Source: Macrostomum lignano (lineage: Eukaryota). Taken from it: 39,963 bases of DNA. The DNA lies in the NCBI GenBank assembly GCA_002269645.1, contig NIVC01003599.1:1-39963 (forward strand), in the 5' to 3' direction. Positions 22,095-33,147 of the stretch are shown here, one piece after another. The notes beneath the pieces were generated by a model, which had not been told where the DNA came from, made no database searches, and was given only the letters and a program-made list of their open reading frames with translations. The translations under genes and the position numbers were made by a program. Positions within the stretch are counted from its first letter, which is position 1. The number at the start of each line of letters is the position of its first letter.

Positions 22095-23522
22095 TAGGGT
22101 GGGTTAGGAGCGATTCTTAGGGAGGGTTAAGGGCGATTCTTAGGGAGATTTAGGAGCGATTCTTAGGGAGGGTTAAAAGCGATTCTTAGGGAGGGTTAAG
22201 GGCGATTCTTAGGGAGATTTAAGAGCGATTCTTAGGGAGGGTTAAGGGCGATTCTTAGGGAGAGTTAGGAGCGATTCTTAGGGAGGGTTAAAGGCGATTC
22301 TTAGGGAGATTTAGGAGCGATTCTTAGGGAGGGTTAAGGGCGATTCTTAGGGAGGGTTAAGGGCGATTCTTAGGGAGATTTAGGAGCGATTCTTAGGGAG
22401 GGTTAAGGGCGATTCTTAGGGAGGGTTAAGGGCGATTCTTCGGGTGGGTTAGAAGCGATTCTTAGGGAGGGTTAGGGCGATTTAGGAGCGATTCTTATGG
22501 AGGGTTAAGGGCGATTCTTATGGAGGGTTAAGGGCGATTCTTATGGAGGGTTAAGGGCGATTCTTAGGGTGGGTTAGGAGCGATTCTTAGGGAGATTTAG
22601 GAGCGATTCTTAGGGACGGTTAAGGGCGATTTAGGAGCGATTCTTAGGGAGGGTTAAGGGCGATTCTTAGGGAGATTTAGGAGCGATTCTTAGGGAGGAT
22701 TAAGGGCGATTCTTAAAGTGGGTTAGGAACGATTCTTAGGGAGGGTTGGGGCAGTTTTTTGGGGAGGTTTAGGGGCGATTCTTAGGGTGAGTTAGGGGCG
22801 GTTCTTAAGGAGATTAGGAGCGATTTCAAGGTGGTTTAGAGGCGATTCTTAGGGAGGGTTAAGGGCGATTTTTCGGGTGGGTTAGGGGCGATTCTTAGGG
22901 TAGGTTAGGGGCGATTCTTCGGGTGGGTTAGGGGCGATTCTTCGGGTGGGTTAAGGGCGATTCTTCGGGGGGGTTAGGGGCGATTCTTAGGTTAGGTTAG
23001 GGGCAGTTTTTTGGGGAGGTTTAGGGGCGATTCTTAGGGTGAGTTAGGGGCGGTTCTTAGGGTGGGTTAGGGGCGATTCTTCGGGTGGGTTAGGGGCGAT
23101 TCTTCGGGTGGGTTAGGGGCGGTTCTTCGGGTGGGTTAGGGGCGATTCTTCGGGTGGGTTAAGGGCGATTCTTCGGGGGGGTTAGGGGCGATTCTTAGGT
23201 TAGGTTAGGGGCAGTTTTTTTGGGAGGTTTAGGGGCGATTCTTAGGGTGAGTTAGGGGCGGTTCTTAGGGTGGGTTAGGGGCGGTTCTTCGGGTGGGTTA
23301 GGGGCGGTTCTTCGGGTGGGTTAGGGGGCGGTTCTTCGGGTGGGTTAGGGGCGGTTCTTCGGGTGGGTTAGGGGCGGTTCTTCGGGTGGGTTAGGGGCGG
23401 TTCTTCGGGTGGGTTAGGGGCGATTCTTCAGGTGGGTTAGGGGCGGTTCTTCGGTGGGTTAGGGGCGGTTCTTCGGGTGGGTTAGGGGCGATTCTTCGGG
23501 TGGGTTAGGGGCGGTTCTTAGG
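22095..23522. repeat. 23-bp G-rich minisatellite containing TTAGGG
   Basis: The unit drifts from gggcgattcttagggagggttaa (left) to gggtgggttaggggcggttcttc (right). Confidence 0.93.
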
Positions 23523-24061
23523 TCCAACAAAAATAGAAATAATCAAAACTGTAAAACAATATTCACCTATCAGATTTACAGCAGTAAGATTATATATATA
23601 ATATTGAACGTTTTAACTTTTAATTTTATTGGTACAATTGAATAAACAAATAGTTAACAGTTAACGTTAAGCAGAAGAATAACAACATTTACAGTACAAA
23701 ATTGGATAAACTATATACGAGTTAATAATTTGTAGTCTCCAATAACAAAGTAATTACAACAAATAAAATTGTGAATACATGCTATGATGCTGCACTGGAT
23801 GATAAAGTTTGAATTTAGTAAAATGCCAAAAGTTATCAGATTTTAGTGTGTTAAATAATGTTGGTACCGTTACGCTTAAAACTGACACTATTAAAGTACA
23901 TTATTTAATTGTACACAAACAAGATTAAAGGTTGAAACTAAATTCTATATTTAAACCTACAAAGGTCGAACCGGGTAAAAAATCTAAGAAACAGTGGCTA
24001 AATTTTCGAAATTTATTAAAAAATTTCCCTAAACCTAAGCCTCACGTAAAATCTAGGAAAG

Positions 24062-24262
24062 TCAACCATGGTCAATCAGGGTCAATCAAGGTCAACTAAG
24101 GTCAATCAGGGCCAATCAAGGTCAACCGATGTCAATCAAGGCCAACTAAGGTCTATTAGGGTCAACTAAGGTCAATCAGGGTCAACCAAGGTCAATCAAG
24201 GCCAACTAAGGTCAATTAGGGTCAACTAAGGTCAATCAAGGTCAACTAAGGTCAAGTTGAGT
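24062..24262. repeat. 10-bp minisatellite (ggtcaatcaa/ggtcaactaa)
   Basis: About 20 copies, about 130 bp downstream of the TRRAP stop. Confidence 0.9.
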
Positions 24263-24391
24263 CAAATGCTAAAGGTCATAACAGATTGTAAACAGAGTTG
24301 TTTTTAAGGCTAAATATGACACAAGCATGAATTCAGGTTAATAGTTCAAACCGGGTCAAAGGTCATAAGGTCAAATCAGGTTTTAAAGAGT

Positions 24392-24839
24392 TCAAAGCCA
24401 GGGCTGGTAGGCAGCCGGCATAGCCGCCAAATTGTCCAAATCGCTGGCCGCTTTCACGTAGTCCGGCACGACGCTTACCGCCCCCTCGAATGCGGCCAGC
24501 GCCTGTAGGCGGGCCAGAATGGCCGACACGGCCTGCCCGACTGACTGGGTGAGGGCGTCGGCCTCGGGACAGGCGCCGCCGTTTGCCTGTCGGTAGGTCA
24601 GGATGACCTCGTCGCGTAGGACGCAGCGCAGATAGGCGGCCAGCTGGTATTTGGGCAGCACTAAGCAGCGGGCGCTGGCGATGATGGCGGCCTGGAGAGG
24701 CCCACGGATGCCAAGCGGGCTGATCAGCTCGCACAGGTTCGGCGTCAGGCGGAACGGCACCGCGGTCGGCGGCTGCGAGTCGGCAGCCTGGCTGGCAAAG
24801 GACCCGGCAGTGGCGGCGACGGACGAGGACCAGACTTGC
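24392..24839 (-). CDS. TRRAP: TRRAP/Tra1 last exon (end of PI3K-like domain plus FATC)
   Basis: VPFRLTPNLCELISPLGIRGPL...LRDEVI...AAFEG...DNLAAMPAAYQPWL* matches the TRRAP C-terminus (VPFRLTPN...LRDEII...DNLCRMDPAWHPWL). CAG acceptor at 24842-24840. Confidence 0.96.
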
Positions 24840-24929
24840 CTGGCCGCGCGATTGGGGAATGAATGGGTGTTTTAGTTAGCTGGGAATTATCTATGATAGA
24901 TATACAGATAAAAAAGCAGACAGAAAATA

Positions 24930-24930
<1 letters not shown>

Positions 24931-24974
<44 letters not shown>

Positions 24975-24985
24975 GTCAGTCAGTC

Positions 24986-25046
<61 letters not shown>

Positions 25047-25053
25047 GTCAGTC

Positions 25054-25142
<89 letters not shown>

Positions 25143-25169
25143 GTCAGTCAGACAGACAGACAGTCAGTC

Positions 25170-25224
<55 letters not shown>

Positions 25225-25317
25225 GAGACAGACAGACAGACAGACAGACAGTCAGTCAGACAGACAGACAGACAGACAGAGAGACAGACAGACAGTCAGT
25301 CAGACAGACAGTCAGTC

Positions 25318-25356
<39 letters not shown>

Positions 25357-25395
25357 GTCAGTCAGACAGACAGTCAGTCAGACAGACAGACAGGC

Positions 25396-25426
<31 letters not shown>

Positions 25427-25487
25427 GAGACAGACAGACAGACAGACAGTCAGACAGACAGACAGACAGACAGACAGACAGTCAGCC

Positions 25488-25544
<57 letters not shown>

Positions 25545-25555
25545 CGCAGACAGGC
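24931..25555. repeat. (CAGA)n microsatellite in a TRRAP intron
   Basis: Direct tandem array with occasional cagt/gaga variants. Confidence 0.97.
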
Positions 25556-25570
25556 ACAGCCAACCCTAAC

Positions 25571-26088
25571 CTGGTTACGCTAGCCCTGCCGGTGTCCAGC
25601 TGCAGCAGCAGGCGGTCCGGGCCAGCTTTCTCCAGCCCCAGCGTCATCTCCAGCAGCCCCAGCAGCCCCAGCTGGCCGGTGACCACCCGGCGGAAGGTGA
25701 AGAACTCGCTCGGGCCGGCCAGCTCGGCGAGGCAGCGTTTGAGCAGCAGGTCGGGCCCGACGTCACCAATTAATTCTTCGAGCAGGTCGCGAGCCGGCAG
25801 CTGAGCAGCTGTTGTTGCTAAGCGACGATCGAGCAGCCAGCGGACGAGCGGCCTGTCCGGCTCGGGCGCCGGGTTGGCGGCCCGGTGGGCATCGAGGAGG
25901 CTGAGAGGCCGGCCGGAGTCCTCGGTGAGTCGGTGCCCGCCGCCCAGATCGACGCATTTGGGCGCAGCGGCCTGCAGCAGCCGCCTGGCTGGCTCCTTCT
26001 CCTTGGCCAGAATCCAGTTGATGAGGCGGGTCAGGTGACCCACGGAGGCTTCGCGCCACGAGGCCAAGGCGGGCGGCGGGGTGGCAGA
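25571..26088 (-). CDS. TRRAP: TRRAP exon (PI3K-like pseudokinase domain)
   Basis: HLTRLINWILAKEKEPARR...EFFTFRRVVTGQLGLLGLLEMTLGLEKAGPDRLLLQLDTGR resembles TRRAP (LLRLLNPCLEKRKETTKR...WTFRKMFTIQLAL...NPEMLQIAQDTGK). ctcAG acceptor, AG|GTTAGG donor. Confidence 0.9.
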
Positions 26089-26184
26089 CTGAGGGATTTG
26101 GTAGAGGGATTAGCTAGCTTAGTTGGTGGATTATTACAATCACAGGATTATTACGTCTGATAAGTATTATCCTACACCAAACAG

Positions 26185-26850
26185 AATAATCTGACACTAA
26201 CTACAATAATCTCACACAAACAGGGATAAGCTCACACTAACTAGGATAATCTCACACTAACTAGGATAATCTCACACTAACTGCAATAATCTCACACTAA
26301 CTAGGATAATCTCACACTAACAGGGATAATCTCACACTAACTAGGATAATCCCACACTAACTAGGATAAGCTTACACTAATAGGATAATCTCACACTAAC
26401 AGGGATAATCTCATACTAACTAGGATAAGCTTACACTAACTGCGATAATCTCACACTAACTAGGATAATCTCACACTAACTACAATAATCTCACACTAAC
26501 TACAATAATCTCACACTAACAGGGATAATCTCACACTAACTAGGATAATCTCACACTAACTGCAATAATCTCACACTAACTAGGATAATCTCACACTAAC
26601 TAGGATAATCTCACACTAACTAGGATAATCTCACACTAACTGTGATAATCTTACACTAACTAGGATAAGCTTACACTAATAGGATAATCTCACACTAACA
26701 GGGATAATCTCATACTAACTAGGATAAGCTTACACTAACTGCGATAATCTCACATTAACTAAGATAATCTCACACTAACTGGGATAATCTCAAACTAACT
26801 AGGATAATCTTACACTCTAGGATAATCTCACACTAACTGCGATAATCTCA
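26185..26850. repeat. 20-bp minisatellite (ggataatctcacactaacta) in a TRRAP intron
   Basis: Direct tandem array. Confidence 0.95.
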
Positions 26851-26915
26851 TTTAACTAATCTGGCTAGGCTAATCCCACACGCTGAGAGCATGCAATGAC
26901 AGGAGAAGCCCGTAC

Positions 26916-27320
26916 CGATGCGGAGTCCTGCTCCAGCAGGTAGCTGTAGACGCGGCCGTTGGTGCCGCGCAATTGCACGCATCGTACGGCGCAACCGTTG
27001 CGCAATAGCACTCGAACGCTAGGTAGTACACTGTGCACTTTAACCCAGTGCTGCACCGGCTTGCCGTCCAATTGTTCGCCGGGCAGCTCCAACTCGGCCG
27101 ACGGGTCGGCGAGAGCTGGCGCAACAAAATTCGCTAACGGAGGCGCCCGATCGGCCAGTAGGAAGGCTCGGGGCAGGCGGCGGGCTCGCGACTCGATGGT
27201 TGGCAACCATTTGCGGGAGAGGCAGCGAATGGCGGACTGAAGACTGCCAGTTGCCGGCTGAAGCTCGGGATCTGAGGACAGCTCGGACCGAAGCTTTGCG
27301 TGCTCGGGGTCGCTGAGTAG
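26916..27320 (-). CDS. TRRAP: TRRAP exon (entry into the PI3K-like domain)
   Basis: LLSDPEHAKLRSEL...RLPRAFLL...ELELPGEQL...VQLRGTNGRVYSYLL resembles TRRAP (QDPVFQKLK...LPKFFLI...EVEIPGEFL...IRGHNGKIYPYLV). ctcAG acceptor at 27321. The donor TCG|GTACGG at 26916 is the best phase-0 candidate. Confidence 0.88.
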
Positions 27321-27360
27321 CTGAGAAGTTTTAGGTGATAAAATGGTGGCACGGAGTTTC

Positions 27361-27996
27361 TTATGAGGTCATTCAAGGTCACTTCATGTCTTGTGGGGTC
27401 ATCCAAGGTCACATAATGTATTATGAGGTCATTCAAGGTCACTTGACGTCTTATGGGGTCATTCAAGGTCACTTACGTCTTATGGGGTCGTTCAAAGTCA
27501 CTTGATGTCTTATGGGGTCATAGGTCACTTGATATAATATGGGGTCATTTAAGGTCACTTGATGTCTTTTGGGGTCATTCAAGGCCACTTGATGTCTTAT
27601 AGGGCCATCAAACGTCACTTAGTCTCTTATAGGGCCATCCAAGGTCACTTGATGTCTTATGGAGTTATTCAAGGTCACTTGATGTCTTATGGGGTCATTC
27701 AAGGCCACTTGATGTCTTATGGGGTCATTCAAGGTCACTCACTTGATGTCTTATGGGGTCATTCAAGGCCACTTGATGTCTTATAGGGCCATCCAACGTT
27801 ACTTAGTGTCTTATAGGGTTATCCAGGGTCACTTGATGTCTTATGGGGTCATTTAAGGCCACTTTCTGTTTTGTCGGATCAGATGGCATCCTGGAGTGTC
27901 TTATGGGGTCACTTAAGGTCACTTAATGTCTTATGGGGTCAAATGACGTCACGGGGTATCGAAGTGGGGTCAATTAAGGTCACTTAATGTCTTATA
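27361..27996. repeat. 30-bp minisatellite (ttatggggtcattcaaggtcacttgatgtc) in a TRRAP intron
   Basis: Direct tandem array with internal 10-bp sub-periodicity. Confidence 0.93.
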
Positions 27997-28097
27997 GGGC
28001 AAAAATAAAAGTATCACACGTCTCATGATGTCAGATTGAGCTCAAAGTTTTTTAAGCATAAAGTTATTATTTCTTTTTTGTTAGCTGAAATCCTCAC

Positions 28098-28730
28098 CTC
28101 TTCCACTCCGCCAAAGTCTTTTAACATTTCGGTCAGCAGAGCGGACACCTCAGTCGGAATTGGCATGTCGCTGGAATCGGTGTCGGCAGCAGCGGCGGCG
28201 GCAGAAACGGCGGAATCGAACAGCCGACGCAGCTGATTCAGAGCATTGTGCTGCCAATCTAAGCTCAGGCTGCTAAGACCGTCGCAAAGGGCCTCGTAGG
28301 CGTTCAGTGTGGCCGCGTGAAAATCTTTGGCCCGGTGTAAAACATTGCTGCATCGCCACAGCGGTTGTTGAGAATTTGGCTCGGCTTTTAGTGCCGCGCA
28401 CAGCTGACGAACTGGCAGGTAGAGCGGCACCGGGAACTGACGGCTGATAGCGATTAACAAGCTGACAATGTGCTTGCCTTCAACGCCTAGCAGAGCCACT
28501 AGGAGGTTGTTAATCCAAGCCAGAAAGTGAGACGGCTGCACATTAGCCGTTCGCTCTTCGAAGCATTTTGCTAGGGAGCCTGTGGCGTCATCGAAGCTCA
28601 ATAGCCAGATTGATTTGGCTATGGGTCGGCGGGCTTTGCACTCGCTCTGGGCCTTGGCCGCCTCCATGAAGCACTGGATAGCGTAGGTGCCGTTCAGGAT
28701 CGCGTTCTGATCGCGGCGCGACGGCGCGTC
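28098..28730 (-). CDS. TRRAP: TRRAP exon (end of FAT region)
   Basis: IAKSIWLLSFDD...FLAWINNLL...EGK...FPVPLYLPVRQL...LWRCS resembles TRRAP (LAKVLWLLSFDD...WLAWIPQLL...SEGK...YPQAVYFPIRTL...MWRCS). tcAG acceptor, GAG|GTGAGG donor. Confidence 0.93.
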
Positions 28731-28755
28731 CTGACAGGATTGAAAACGGCTTTAT

Positions 28756-29467
28756 TAGAGGGGAAGATTTATGCTCATACCCTGAGTCATAGAGGGGAAG
28801 ATTGATGCTCATACCCTGAGTCATAGAGGGGAAGATTGATGCTCATACCCTGAGTCATAGAGGGGAAGATTGATGCTCATACCCTGAGTCATAGAGGGGA
28901 AGATTGATGCTCATACCCTGAGTCATAGAGGGGATGATTGATGCTCATACCCTGAGTCATGGAGGGGATGATTGATGCTCATACCCTGAGTCATAGAGGG
29001 GAAGATTGATGCTCATACCCTGAGTCATAGAGGGGAAGATTGATGCTCATACCCTGAGTCATAGAGGGGAAGATTGATGCTTATATCCTTGAGTCATAGA
29101 GGGGATGATTGATGCTCATACCCTGAGTCATAGAGGGGAAGATTGATGCTCATATCCCTGAGTCATAGAGGGGAAGATTGATGCTCATATCCCTGAGTCA
29201 TAGAGGGGAAGATTTATGCTCATATACCCTGGGTCATAGAGGGGAAGATTTATGCTCATATCTCTGGGTCATAGAGGGGAAGATTTGTGCTCATATCCCT
29301 GAGTCATAGAGGGGGAGATTGATGCTCATATCTCTGGGTCATAGAGGGGAAGATTTATGCTCATATCTCTGGGTCATAGAGGGGAAGATTTGTGCTCATA
29401 TCCCTGAGTCATAGAGGGGGAGATTGATGCTCATAACCCCGTGTCATAGAGGTGAAGATTGATGTTC
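28756..29467. repeat. 34-35-bp minisatellite (tcatagaggggaagattgatgctcataccctgag) in a TRRAP intron
   Basis: Direct tandem array. Most units contain TGAGTCA. Confidence 0.95.
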
Positions 29468-29596
29468 ATCCAAGGGTCATAAAAGGTAAGATTGACGCTC
29501 ATATTCACGGGTCATTGTAGTGAAAATCGAGACTCGTATGACTGAATGATGCTCATGTTGGCAGCAATTCCCCCTAAGCAAACAACAGCCACTCGC

Positions 29597-30022
29597 CTTG
29601 GTGAAAACGTGCTCTAGAAAGTCGCCATAGTGCATCCACACTCGGTAGACAGTATCGTTGAGCTGAATCGCCATACTGAAGTTCTTATTCGCTTCGTCGC
29701 CTTTGTTGAGCATTGCGAAAAACACGCCTTTGTAGCTGAAGAACTCCGCCTTCTCCATCGCGTTGAAGAATTTAATACTAGTCTTCTCCATGAATTCAAC
29801 GGCTTCCAGAATGTTCTCCTTGCGAGAGTCCACAATATCTAGGCGACTTTTAAAGTCCTGCTTGATCTTTAAGTAGCTGGGTTGGGCCATGTTGTATTCG
29901 TTGGCTTGTAATTTTTCCACTGCATCCATGGATAAAAAGTACAAGTGGTGCTTGCGGGCCACCTTGGCGAACTGGATCATTGCGGTGACGAACGAGTGCA
30001 GAGCTATCATCTTCAGGTGGTT
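29597..30022 (-). CDS. TRRAP: TRRAP exon (FAT domain) ending at a GC donor
   Basis: IQFAKVARKHHL...AEFFSYKGVFFAMLNKGDEANKNFSMAIQLND...YGDFLEHVF resembles TRRAP (IQYGKIARKQGL...AEFYALKGMFLAQINKSEEANKAFSAAVQMHD...WGDYLENIF). ttcAG acceptor, AAG|GCGAGT donor. Confidence 0.93.
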
Positions 30023-30093
30023 CTGAAATTAATATTGTTGTTGCAGATTTTCATATCAGTGTAGGTGCGAGGTTCGAATCTTGGGGCAAAAAT

Positions 30094-31650
30094 GATCTGG
30101 GAGGCTGGCCCAGCAACTGGGGATCTGGGAGGCTGGCCCAGCAACTGAGGATTTGGAAGGCTGGCCAAGCAATTGAAGAGCTGGGAGGCTGGCCCAGCAA
30201 CTGAGGATTTGGAAGGCTGGCCCAGCAACTGAGGATTTGGAAGGCTGGCCAAGCAATTGAAGATCTGGGAGGCTGGCCCAGCAACTGAGGATTTGGAAGG
30301 CTGGCCCAGCAACTGAAGATCTGGGAGGCTGGCCCAGCAACTGAGGATCTGGAAGGCTGGCCCAGCAACTGAGGATCTGGGAGGCTGGCCCAGCAACTGA
30401 GGATCTGGGAGGCTGGCCCAGCAACTGAGGATTTGGAAGGCTGGCCAAGCAACTGAAGATCTGGAAGGCTGGCCCAGCAACTGAAGATTTGGGAGGCTGG
30501 CCCAGCAACTGAGGATCTGGGAAGCTGGCCCAGCAACTGAGGATCTGGGAGGCTGGCCCAGCAACTGAGGATCTGGAAGGCTGGCCAAGCAATTGAAGAT
30601 CTGGGAGGCTGGCCCAGCAACTGAGGATTTGGAAGACTGGCCAAGCAACTGAAGATCTGGGAGGCTGGCCCAGCAACTGAGGATCTGGAAGGCTGGCCCA
30701 GCAACTGAGGATCTGGGAGGCTGACCCAGCAACTGAGAATCTGGGAAGCTGGCCCAGCAGCTGAGGATTTGGAAGGCTGGCCAAGCAACTGAAGATCTGG
30801 AAGGCTGGCCCAGCAACTGAAGATTTGGGAGGCTGGCCCAGCAACTGAGGATCTGGGAAGCTGGCCCAGCAACTGAGGATCTGGGAGGCTGGCCCAGCAA
30901 CTGAGGATCTGAGAGGCTGGCCCAGCAACTGGGGATCTGGGAGGCTGGCCCAGCAACTGAGGATCTGGGAGGCTGGCCCAGCAACTGGGGATCTGGGAGG
31001 CTGGCCCAGCAACTGAGGATCTGGGAGGCTGGCCCAGCAACTGAGGATCTGGGAGGCTGGCCCAGCAACTGAGGATTTGGAAGGCTGGCCCAGCAACTGA
31101 GGATTTGGGAGGCTGGCCCAGCAACTGAGGATCTGGGAAGCTGGCCCAGCAACTGAGGATCTGGGAGGCTGGCCCAGCAACTGGGGATCTGGGAGGCTGG
31201 CCCAGCAACTGGGGATCTGGGAAGCTGGCCCAGCAACTGAGGATCTGGGAGGCTGGCCCAGCAACTGGGGATCTGGGAGGCTGGCCCAGCAACTGAGGAT
31301 CTGGGAGGCTGGCCCAGCAACTGGGGATCTGGGAGGCTGGCCCAGCAACTGAGGATTTGGAAGGCTGGCCAAGCAACTGAAGATCTGGAAGGCTGGCCCA
31401 GCAACTGAGGATTTGGGAGGCTGGCCCAGCAACTGAAGATCTGGGAGGCTGGCCCAGCAACTGAGGATCTGGGAGGCTGGCCCAGCAACTGACACTGGTA
31501 GGCTGGCCCAGCAACTGAGGATCTGGGAGGCTGGCCCAGCAACTGACACTCTGGGAGGCTGGCCCAGCAACTGACTGGCCCAGCAACTGAGGATCTGGGA
31601 GGCTGGCCCAGCAACTGACACTCTGGGAGGCTGGCCCAGCAACTGAGGAT
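30094..31650. repeat. 28-bp minisatellite (gggaggctggcccagcaactgaggatct), about 55 copies, in a TRRAP intron
   Basis: Direct tandem array of the same family as 3880-4545. It explains the three 500-580 aa ORFs. Confidence 0.97.
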
Positions 31651-31682
31651 ACCTAAATGGTCAAGGGCGATTTTAACCTTAC

Positions 31683-31809
31683 CTGCATAGGATTGTCTTG
31701 AACAAAGCTGCTCGACACGGTGCGATGCACCTCGTGGAACAGGTGCTGACGCCATTGTATCACTTCGTGCCAGTGAGTCAAATCGTCCATGATCACTGGG
31801 ACTCGGTTT
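31683..31809 (-). CDS. TRRAP: TRRAP small exon (not in the ORF track)
   Basis: NRVPVIMDDLTHWHEVIQWRQHLFHEV resembles TRRAP RNRLPIVSDDLSHWSSIFMWRQHHY. tgtAG acceptor, CAG|GTAAGG donor, phases fit both neighbours. Confidence 0.92.
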
Positions 31810-32039
31810 CTACAGGTGTAGAATTAGCGTTTTATTGCATTTGAACTGTGATACCCAATATGTATAGAAAGGTCTCATAAATAAAATGTTGTGCTTTTTG
31901 TCCTTGTAATCAAAATGCACAAAACGCACATCGCTAATAAAATTCACTTAAGTAAGTCATTGAAAACTATCTGATAAATTTAGCGATATGTATTAAAAAA
32001 ATCCTAAGAAATCAAATCCATGTAACCGAAGATGCATCA

Positions 32040-32502
32040 GCCGATATGTATCGAAAAAGTGTATAAAATGATATACAAAATGAATTAAAAACTCCTACTT
32101 CTAAGATAGCAAACTAGCCGATATGTATCGAAAAAAAATATATAAAATAAATTAAAAACTTCTACTTTTAAGGTAGCAAACTAGCCGATATGTAGCGAAA
32201 AATGAATAAAATGATATACAAAATAATTAAAAACTCCTACTTTTAAGGTAGCAAACTAGCCGATATGTAGCGAAAAATGAATAAAATGATATACAAAATA
32301 ATTAAAAACTCCTACTTTTAAGGTAGCAAACTAGCCGATATGTAGCGAAAAATGAATAAAATGATATACAAAATAATTAAAAACTCCTACTTTTAAGGTA
32401 GCAAACTAGTCGATATGTAGCGAAAATAGATCAAATGACATACAAAATAAATTAAAAACTCCTATTTTATAGTGGCAAACTAGCCGATATGTATCGAAAA
32501 AA
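32040..32502. repeat. ~75-bp AT-rich tandem repeat (gcaaactagccgatatgtagcgaaaaatg...), about 6 copies, in a TRRAP intron
   Basis: The three central copies are near-identical and the flanking copies have diverged. Confidence 0.9.
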
Positions 32503-32534
32503 CGAATTCCCCGTTCATATACAGATTGACTTAC

Positions 32535-33121
32535 TTCCAAGTTTTAATAATCGACTTCATATCGTGAATTAGACTAGTAGTAGTCACCGGAGTCCTGCCG
32601 TAGCTAACATTATTTAGCGTAGCGTAAATACCAGACGCCTCGTGCAGCTCCATCACCTGTTGAGTCGCCTGCAGGTAGGGCACGTGAACTGCCGATACTA
32701 AAGCTGGCAGACGGCGCCACTCTTTAATAACGCTATCAACCGATAGTTTAAAGAATCGTTCAACATGCTGAGGCAGCGTCGGTGACACATAGTCGGCGTG
32801 GTCGCTCCTAGCCTTGCCGCACAGGTGCCAATAGCCCCACAGCAGTTCTATACGCCACTTATCACGCCTGGGATACTCATTGCCCAGCTGGCTGAGAGCG
32901 TTGTGCATATTGCGCCAATCCGACAGCTTCCAATCGCATTCAGCTACTAAACGGTGATTGCAACAGTTGAACGCTTGAGCAAATCTCGGCAACTCTGCCC
33001 AACGGTTGAGCTGGCGCAGGTAGCTCAGGTAGTGCTCCTCAATGAATCGGTCTTTCATGATTGCGTCAGTTGGATTGGAGAATTTGCGGTCGAGAGCGTC
33101 CTCGCCTGCTTCTACGGCTTG
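32535..33121 (-). CDS. TRRAP: TRRAP exon (FAT domain)
   Basis: EEHYLSYLRQLNRWAEL...LVAECDWKLSDWRNM...EWRRLPALVSAVHVPYLQATQQVMELHEA...HDMKSIIKTW resembles TRRAP (EDHWIRCSKELNQWEAL...EWRRLP..V..H..LLQAAQQIIELQEA...HDMKTVVKTW). ctctAG acceptor, AA|GTAAGT donor. Confidence 0.94.
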
Positions 33122-33147
33122 CTAGAGTTGAGGGAGAATCGGTGGCG

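Noticed and set aside
30062-30090. B-box-like GGTTCGAATC beside the 28-bp array
   Set aside because: There is no A-box or cloverleaf, and no equivalent next to the SURF4 copy of the array.
30013-31755. Three overlapping 510-580 aa ORFs
   Set aside because: They are translations of the 28-bp satellite inside a TRRAP intron. All frames give the same cyclic peptide.
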